The position numbers and the translations under genes were made by a program. Under the pieces are notes generated by a model, which was not told the origin of the DNA, searched no databases, and saw only the letters and a program-made list of their open reading frames with translations. DNA of 64,000 nt from Eukaryota sp. GEM-RC1 (lineage: Eukaryota): positions 310,001-374,000 of the forward strand of contig JAUFOQ010000002.1 of NCBI GenBank assembly GCA_040285855.1, read 5' to 3'. Of this stretch, positions 59,912-64,000 are shown piece by piece. The stretch's first letter is position 1, and every line of letters starts with the position of its first letter.

Positions 59912-61072
59912 ATGGCTTCCAATTCATCTCTGGGATCCACTTTTTCTGCTTCATCTCTCGGCTCAACGTTTGGTAATGCTAGTATCATGTCGTCAACATC
60001 AGTTAGGTCTCTCAAAGCAGATCCTCGCTTCATTACACAGTGGTCTTCCTTCCGTCGATATTGTCACCAAATAGTAGAACTAGCCGCTTTCAACAACGCC
60101 ATCCTTCTAATAATCTTCCTTAATACCGTACTCATCACCTTACAGACTAGCTACTCATACCAAATCTTATTTAACTGGCATTTTGGCTTTCTTGACTCTA
60201 TCTTTCTAGGAATTTACATCTTCGAAGCTCTAGTCAAACTCTACGTCTGGAGAATAAACTACTTTAGAAGTGGTTGGAACCTCTTCGATTTCATCATTGT
60301 GGCAATCTCACTTCTTTCCTGGCTCCAACTCTCTGCTGTCTCTGGCTCCAACACCACCATTCTCCGTCTGGTCCGTGTCTTCAGAGCCATTAGAGCTCTC
60401 AGAGCCATGAGGACTGCAAGAGCTCTTAACTTCTTCCAGTCTCTCCGTTTAATGGTTTCACTTGTTTTAAAGTCACTTCCTGCTCTTGGTTCAATTGCTT
60501 TACTTCTAGGCATCATACTGTTTATCTTTGCAATCATTGGAACAGAGCTCTATTCGAATATTCAACCGTATGGATTTGGAACATTAGGAACATCAATGTT
60601 CACGTTGTTCCAGTTTTTAACTCTGGATGATTGGTTTGAGCATTTTGAGCAAGTTCAAGATCAAGACACTCGAGGTATGGTCATTTTCATGATCATATTT
60701 ATCCTTATTGAGACTTTTGTTCTCATCAACTTATTCATTGCTGTCATTGTGAACAATCTGGAAGCTTCTCAAAGAGTGTCTGCTATTTATAGAAAGAAAC
60801 AAAAGAACAAACGCCGTGCCAAGAAACTTCGAAAGATGCAAGAGAACGACATCAATGAAGCTCTTGAAACACGTGATCAGCAACGGAATAACAATCAAGA
60901 TGACGGTTTAGTTAGAGACGTTGAATATTATTATGGAACAAAGCTGTCGTTGAAAGAACGTCAACTGTTAGGTCATTATTTGATGTTATTGGCAACTGCC
61001 GATTCGGTGAAGGAACGATTGGCACATGATGAGTCGTTGTTGTTGAAGTTAATTGATTTTCAAAAATCTTAA
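59912..61072 (+). CDS. Single-domain 6-TM voltage-gated cation channel, CatSper-alpha-like
   Basis: YFRSGWNLFDFIIV, S4 LRLVRVFRAIRALRAMR, pore TLFQFLTLDDW, S6 INLFIAVIVNNL, C-terminal coiled coil. Confidence 0.88.
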   Translation: MASNSSLGSTFSASSLGSTFGNASIMSSTSVRSLKADPRFITQWSSFRRYCHQIVELAAFNNAILLIIFLNTVLITLQTSYSYQILFNWHFGFLDSIFLGIYIFEALVKLYVWRINYFRSGWNLFDFIIVAISLLSWLQLSAVSGSNTTILRLVRVFRAIRALRAMRTARALNFFQSLRLMVSLVLKSLPALGSIALLLGIILFIFAIIGTELYSNIQPYGFGTLGTSMFTLFQFLTLDDWFEHFEQVQDQDTRGMVIFMIIFILIETFVLINLFIAVIVNNLEASQRVSAIYRKKQKNKRRAKKLRKMQENDINEALETRDQQRNNNQDDGLVRDVEYYYGTKLSLKERQLLGHYLMLLATADSVKERLAHDESLLLKLIDFQKS

Positions 61073-64000
61073 ATATTGCTGGTGTTATTTTAAATTATTT
61101 AACACTGAATCGAGAACTACTTCAGAACGACTGTCAGGAGGCATGTGAAGGAAATAACAATTGTCGACATTGTGATTCATTCTCGTCACTTTCCTCTCGA
61201 CAGGATTCAGTTTCCAACTTGATTGTTAGTTTGTCAACAGTTTACTTTCCACTTTACAACTCGGTTAACTTATGGCAAAACTTTATCTCCTTCTCTAGAT
61301 ACTGTGTTCAACTATCCTACCTCCCCTCAACAATTTTACTCATTATACCTCACTCTCTCAGAATATCTTCATGTTAGTTTCATTCACGATTCTATCTTTT
61401 AAGATGCGCCTTTTCAGGTCTCTATTCAGGCCACAATGATCAAAAGTCTTTTGCCAGAAACTCAAGACTCGTCTTCCTTTTAGATACACACGGACACCAT
61501 CATCAGATCTTCCTTTGATCCTACTCCTTCATTTTGACTTCTCTCAAACACCTTGAAAACCAGTGTGACAACATCCAGTCCTCTCTTTAAGCGTTCTATA
61601 TCACTGATTATTGCTACTGTGCGATAGACCAATGATATATTATCTTAAAAACCCAAATGTTGGCTTCCTAAACGATTGGAAATTGCAGAAGCAACTGGTA
61701 ATGACTGCCTTTGATATATCGGTAGGTAATGATCCCTACCAAACATTGGTTCTAATTAAGAATAAACAATATTTATCTCAGATATTTAAAATCATTGATG
61801 GGAAATACAACTTCAACTTACTTTGTTGACATAGGGAGTTCATGCTTTTCCTCAGTGGTAGATAATAGTGTCACCAACAATAGTTTTCATTACTACTAGT
61901 ACCTTACTGTCTTTCTGATTTTCCTCACGAGTAATTCAGTTGTAAACACTTTTGTCTTTTCAGATATGGAAATTAGTTTGGATGATGAAAATGTGGATGT
62001 GGATTTTATTCAAACACCGCTGTGCTTTTAACTTGAGATGCATACTCCAACTCTTTACCCCAAGTTTTTTCCCCCTTCATTTTTCATTTTCTTCAAATAG
62101 GATCATTTGTTATAGCTCTTTGATTCCTTAAGCTTACTCAATCGATCATTCTTTCATCGATCTACTTGTAGATCATCGATCTGCTTATGCTTATGTACCA
62201 TAATAAACAACAATCTTTTCTGTACCTTTTCTTTCTGTTATGTCTGACGAGTCTCAACTAAACAGCCCTCAAGTTGATGAACCACTTGAATATCTATCTC
62301 CTGGATTGGCTGAATTCCCTGGAGCAATGGTAGTAAAGGTTGGTTTATCATATTCTCTTTATAACCGAGCCCAAACTAGATTGGGGACGATGTTCCCAAG
62401 GATCAGTTGTGTTCATGTTCCAACCTGTTGTCTTACATAATTCTTTCTTGTTTTAGCTCTTTCCTTATCTTTATGATGGGCAAAAGCTCAGACCAACAGA
62501 TTTCGCTGTTTCGGTCCGTAGTCTATTCATCTCTTCTCTGGTTTGCAGTCTGTTGGATGATGTTTAGTCTGTTGTTCTTCATAAAGGTTTATTGGCCCAA
62601 ATAGTGTCTACTGAACACATTGTTTAAGGAAAAGATAGTTTTTAGCAGCTGTATCGAGATATGGGGAACGATATTGCTTGTATTGGCGATAACCAGCGTT
62701 GGCAAAGACTTTGCAGAAATCGTCGTTCATTTGTTGTTCAATAGCGTGACGGATAAGTGTAAACGTTGGGATTCATCTCAGGAACGTAAGCTGGTAATAT
62801 AAGATAAGCAAGCTTTAATGCCAAAGTAATGCTTCTGTGGATATGTATCCGACAACCATCAAGTATCACAATAGATCTACAACTGCAATTGGTCAGTTTG
62901 GTATGTACTGTCTACAAACACATCATTAGCTTCTTGTAGATGATAATGAGTTACCTCAGTCTGATTTCATTATCATGCTTTGTGTTGCTATGCAAAAATG
63001 CAGTCAAAATCGACTGAAGACACAGCAGTGTATTACACGATCAGAGTTGTAGCAAAGCAGCAGAGTTGTAGCAAACCTGAGTGTGTTCCTTTGGAGGATA
63101 AGATGTCAATGTGATGTATGTGTTGTAGGATGGTTGTACAACGTTGGGTTTATTCATGACATGGTTGAACACGGTTCACAATTCTAAGAACGAATACCTG
63201 CAAACACGTCTCTATCTTGAAAGAAGCTCAACACTGGATATCAAAAGACGTATGGAATCCATCAAAGAAGGTATAAGTGTATCAGTTTGGGGATATGTGG
63301 TGGGGTGAAGAGTTTTTGGGGTAAAATGATTTTGGGGAGTATGCACCCCAAATGAATTCCCCAGCGGTGCTTTCAAAAAAAAATGGATATTTTTCATAAT
63401 CATATTCATACTTCTCATTTCCATATTCATCTCCATTTTTTTTGGTTTCTGAGGCTTATGCCCTACTGTTGGCTCTTGAAACCTCCAAGAATCACCAAAA
63501 CACATGCTTTGGAGGTCGTATGCTTGATATTTTGAGTAAATCCCTCTTCGGTTTATCTCAAATCTACTTCCCTCTATCAACTGTTCTTCTACGACTGAAA
63601 CATAGTCTCCGGTGTAGCTATATCTGTAGCCCTTGAAGCAAGAAGCTCTTAGCGAATGAAGATTTAATCGACTCCGTCTCTAGAAGTGCCGAATCTGCAT
63701 TGCCTGATCTCCTCCCCTACATATATGTTGTATTCATGTTCTTATGGTGGGGATTTTTTCTTGTGTTTATATAAATAGGACTCATATCAACAACTTTTAC
63801 AGTAAGGCTCAACGTCTTCAATTAAGATACTTGTGACATTATCTGAGTCTTAAGTTGATTTCTTTTGTGAAACGACGTGGTTATATACTTTGACGCACAT
63901 CGAGCTAAATCCAGAAGTACAATCAAATAAACATATCTACTTCTGTTGCTTTACAGTTGCGAGGCAAAACAGAACGCTGTGGATAACGAGAGAACGTAAA

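Noticed and set aside
61270..64000. Fragmentary ORFs and a 15-bp direct repeat (CAGAGTTGTAGCAAA, ~63042-63075)
   Set aside because: No recognisable domain or consistent gene model; may be decayed or error-rich genes that I cannot support.

Overview
AT-rich, gene-dense nuclear DNA from a eukaryote using the standard genetic code. It has beta-tubulin, the four core histones, CCT5, RRP45, UTP14, TAF4, a cyclin and very short 26-39 nt GT-AG introns. An intron-containing pyruvate formate-lyase plus flagellar and basal-body genes (Sfi1-like, SF-assemblin-like, CatSper-like channel) suggest an anaerobic flagellated protist, possibly a metamonad (inference only). Main highlights: (1) a compact H4-H3-H2B-H2A cluster whose four genes share a variant 16-nt 3' stem-loop (GGTGTT-TTTS-AACACT) and an upstream CACGACAATTTC-like motif; (2) an array of hAT transposons stacked at one site, each junction being the same 8-bp CTGATAAC; (3) several 5'-truncated CRE-like (RLE endonuclease) non-LTR retrotransposon remnants; (4) bacterial-type genes, including a metalloprotease frame broken only by two in-frame stops; (5) a giant RCC1-like/Cys-acidic repeat/PH protein; (6) a TLDDW CatSper1-like channel. 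Many genes carry 1-2 nt frameshifts that are most likely long-read consensus errors. All protein calls come from motif recognition by eye, not database searches.
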